Shown piece by piece: positions 60,643 through 64,000 of a DNA stretch of 64,000 nucleotides. Below the pieces are notes generated by a model. It worked only from the letters and a program-made list of their open reading frames with translations. It did no database searches and was not told where the DNA came from. Positions within the stretch are counted from its first letter, which is position 1. Each line of letters begins with the position of its first letter. A program made the position numbers and the translations under genes. Source of the stretch: Escherichia coli (lineage in GTDB: Bacteria > Pseudomonadota > Gammaproteobacteria > Enterobacterales > Enterobacteriaceae); assembly GCF_030384885.1 (NCBI RefSeq), contig NZ_CP128615.1; one strand, 5' to 3'.

Positions 60643-61764
60643 CCTTTTTTGAACAGCCTTACCTATTGCTATAGAGGGGAACTCCTACGTTATACGCCGC
60701 TTTCAGGGGATTCGACCTTAATGAGACAACTCAAATATGATCGACAACTTAAACGCGATAGTTGCTGATAAAATCAATCCATTACGCGTTTCAATTGATT
60801 AAATAATGCACTTAATGTACAAAAATTCCCGATCTCAAAACTGAACCCTAAAGATACCAGGCATCTCCCCCAGGAAGCGCCCTCATGCGTTTTCCTGTTC
60901 CGCCCCTGCCACCTACCTTCTGTTTCATACTTGTTGTATTATTGTTTTTGTTTTCAATCCCCAAGGAGACGTCGCTATATGACTGTGCGGGAGACAGAGG
61001 AAAACATTGAACAAATCTTCCCTGAGCTTTCGAACTTAATTGATATTATTAATAAATGGCTTTCCCATGGAAACATTGATCCTGAACTGGCACACTTCAT
61101 CATTTATCTTCTTGATTACCTAACCACCACACACAAAAGCATATAAAAATTTTCCTTGCACATCCATTTTTTTGCGAATATTATTATTCCTGCTGAATAT
61201 GATTCAATATCGCACGCTACTCATCCATCCCAGGATAATGAGTACATAGGTTGAAGTTTCAACACCCCCATTACGGGGGTGTTTTTTTTACCAATAAACA
61301 CAAATCACACCATCGCCATACTCTGTTTGCCAGACATCGATTGGTAAATATGCGTAACTCGCTATAATACAAAAAGAAAAATCAGAACCAGAAACCAGTT
61401 TCCAGATAAAAAACACCCTCCCGAAGGAGGGGACAGACACATTCATATTTCCCAAAACAGGAATTTTTATTTTTATGACGCATTAATGAAGTTACTTCAT
61501 CTCCAGTAGATTAACTTCATTTAAAGTGGCGATCAATCATATTTATTACGACTCTAAACTATTACAACAACCACAATAAGATATCACCTCAAATATAAAA
61601 GATAACTCTTACAAAAACGTTCCGAAAACAAAAAATACAGATAAACACCAATAAAAAACAGAAAACTCTTACACATTTAAAGATGGTAAAATAATATAGA
61701 ACTGTTAGTCTAATGGAGAAGGCGCATCTGATTCAGAGCAATCTATTGCGAAGAATCAGAGTAA

Positions 61765-61806
61765 CAGGGCCCCATGATATAATCATGGGGCCCTGTTGCT
61801 TTTACA
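61765..61806 (+). terminator. Strong intrinsic terminator-like hairpin
   Basis: 14-bp perfect stem CAGGGCCCCATGAT/ATCATGGGGCCCTG with 3-nt loop followed by TTGCTTTT. Confidence 0.45.
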
Positions 61807-62184
61807 GATGTAAAAACGACCAATCATTTAACATCTGTTATCGGCACCGCCCCGGACGGGTTCGGCGCAAATATGGTATGGTACCAGCCCGGCAATTCAC
61901 CTGCCGTGCAATCTGACGAAGCAGTACCGGCGTATGCAGATATATCGTCCAGACATATCTGCCGCATTCAGGCGGTGAGTAAAGCCTTCTCTCTCAAAAG
62001 AGGAGCAACAGTTATCCACAGATTCTGGGGATAACTGCGAAAAGAATATGTGCCAGGAAAGTCGGCTCCCGGGAAAAAGACCGCTGGCGGCGCAGCTGCT
62101 GGATACGAAAGCTGAGCTGAAAGGATCCCGGGAGGACGTCCGTAAACTTCAGTCCCTGGCCCGTCATGACGGGAAGGTGAAAAA

Positions 62185-62826
62185 GTGAATGCGGATACCT
62201 GGACCCGCCTGCAGGCCTTCCGACATGCTCTGGAGCTGACTTCCTGTGAGGCTTCTCTCACCGCCGGGTATGATCACCTGAAGGATTTCCCGGCCGGTTG
62301 CAGCGAGCTGGCCAGCCAGACGCTGACTGATTATCTGACGGAAGACGGCAGCAACCTGTACTCCTGTATTGTCGGTATGCAGTGGGATAATGGTCCTGGC
62401 AGATACGGCCACGTCATTGCCGCCCCTGCCAGGGACTATATCGACCTGACCCTTGATCAGTTTCCAGGCTATCATAACCGGATTGTGGCAGAGCCCGTTG
62501 AGTCCGGCGGACAGCTCGCGGCAGACCTCAACAGGGAGCCTGCCATCAGTACAGCTGATGGAATAGTGGCCAGCGCATCAGATAAGGTTAATTACATTAC
62601 TGAACAGAAAAATCGCCAGCCAATGGTGATCATTACAGAATGTTACAAGCTGATCAGAATAACGGCAAGATTTATACCAATGTGCCAGTCATCTCAACTC
62701 TTCCAGCACCAGGTATTCCCTCGCTTATTTATCATTTCAGACGTTGGCTCCTGCAGTTTGTCCAGGAACACCTTAGATCGTTTAGCTACTGACTGGAAGG
62801 TGACACTGTCCATCCTGTCGCTATAG
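62185..62826 (+). CDS. Hypothetical protein (GTG start), translationally coupled to a 46-codon upstream ORF (62049-62189)
   Basis: GTGA start/stop overlap; no recognised motifs; 3' part overlaps a convergent ORF so extent is uncertain. Confidence 0.3.
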   Translation: MNADTWTRLQAFRHALELTSCEASLTAGYDHLKDFPAGCSELASQTLTDYLTEDGSNLYSCIVGMQWDNGPGRYGHVIAAPARDYIDLTLDQFPGYHNRIVAEPVESGGQLAADLNREPAISTADGIVASASDKVNYITEQKNRQPMVIITECYKLIRITARFIPMCQSSQLFQHQVFPRLFIISDVGSCSLSRNTLDRLATDWKVTLSILSL

Positions 62827-64000
62827 GGCTTGATATAAACCTGGCAGGCAAGGGATCTGGTTAACTCCTTTCCTTCCATAAAGTGTTTGAAGATCCAGAG
62901 ATACGTATCCACAAGCTCCAGCCCTGTACTCTGTGTCCCCGACTGGAAGACCTGCGGTTCAGCTGGTATTTCCGTTACATCCATGACCGGTGTCTGCGCA
63001 GCAGTGCCTGTCATCAGGATCCTGTCACTCTTTCGACCGACAGCTTATGGCATACAGTTGGGCTCGTAAGATCCAGAGTCAATAACTGACAGGGTTTATT
63101 CTGTCATCCTCCGGCAACAAAGGCATATACGATATTCACTTATTTTGTCGGCCCAACGGCTTTTTACAGTAGCTCGTTTTGCCCAACTGATGCTACAGCT
63201 CTTTGGTTTGCTTCATCACGGATATCAGCTCCGACACAGGCACAGCTGACTGGTTGCAACGTCTGCACTTCTCTGGACCTGAAACGTCAATTATCAGGAT
63301 TCTGACGATTAGTCTTAAGACTGTCGGTAAATTAAGTGATGCCAGTTGTCAGGATATTCATGGAGCCAGTCTGCATGCGCCTCTGGCGTTGAGACAAACA
63401 TATGAAGTGTATTTCGGATATGACTGTACGCTCAGGAAGTACGGCAGATTCCGTCAAAAATTACCTGTAAAGACAGACTTCAGAAAAAACAGTGCTCGCC
63501 GCAGACCGGTGACCGGGCGAAGCCCGCGAACCGGCGAGGAAGCGCAATATATCTGTAGTTACAGTGAGCAGGTACGCCCTGAAGCCTTCATAATCGGTAG
63601 TGTATGCTGTTTTTCCGGAATGATTTATCCACATATCCAGAGGCCCGATCCAGTAAATAGATCCATGAATGATCAATAAAGGATCCATTAAAGATCCCCA
63701 TATCGCTACAAACCTTGTTACTCATGGGCCGGGACCACGATCACATAAGCTGTGGCATGTTACTGATAAACTGTAATATGCTAATGATAAGCTGTATTCA
63801 GTAATGCATATACTGAAGTAAGCTAATGACATAAACTATGGTCAGTACGCCAGACTCTGTTGTTAAATACAGACTGCAGGTTTTTCTTCAGTCAGTTAGC
63901 GGGGCTCTGACACACGATTTGCTGTTTATTCTTTTACTGTCCACAGGCAGGAGGCTTTCTGGAAAACGAAAATTCAGACATCAAAAAACTGTTCGGCGAG

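Overview
This window reads as a mosaic segment of an enterobacterial multidrug-resistance plasmid, with a phage-defence island at its left end. All calls come from reading the supplied ORF translations and the nucleotide sequence for motifs and repeats; no database search was run, and hand-derived non-CDS coordinates are approximate (a few bp). The main finding is a complete type 1 BREX locus on the minus strand (5910-21950: brxR-brxA-brxB-brxC, then pglX-pglZ-brxL) with a GmrSD-family type IV restriction gene (DUF262 plus DUF1524, BrxU-like) embedded between brxC and pglX. Upstream of it sit a Gabija-like pair (5'-partial OLD-family ATPase/Toprim nuclease plus an unusually short UvrD-like helicase, 1-2156) and a vapBC toxin-antitoxin module. 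The rest of the window holds tet(A) on a Tn1721 derivative, strA-strB on Tn5393::IS1133 inserted into an IS903 copy with a 5-bp ATAGC duplication, and many insertion sequences (IS903 x3 plus a fragment, IS1 x2 plus a fragment, an IS3-family element carrying a nested IS110-family insertion, IS407-like and IS21-like remnants). The backbone part carries a group II intron with a frameshifted reverse transcriptase, a LexA-box-preceded umuDC-like operon, P1-type parABS, a Rep_3 replicon with 36-bp iterons, a second IS1-truncated repA paralog next to an orphan 37-bp tandem array, a frameshifted ResD-like recombinase, and a second vapB copy whose vapC is cut by the IS21-like element. No tRNA, rRNA or CRISPR array was seen.
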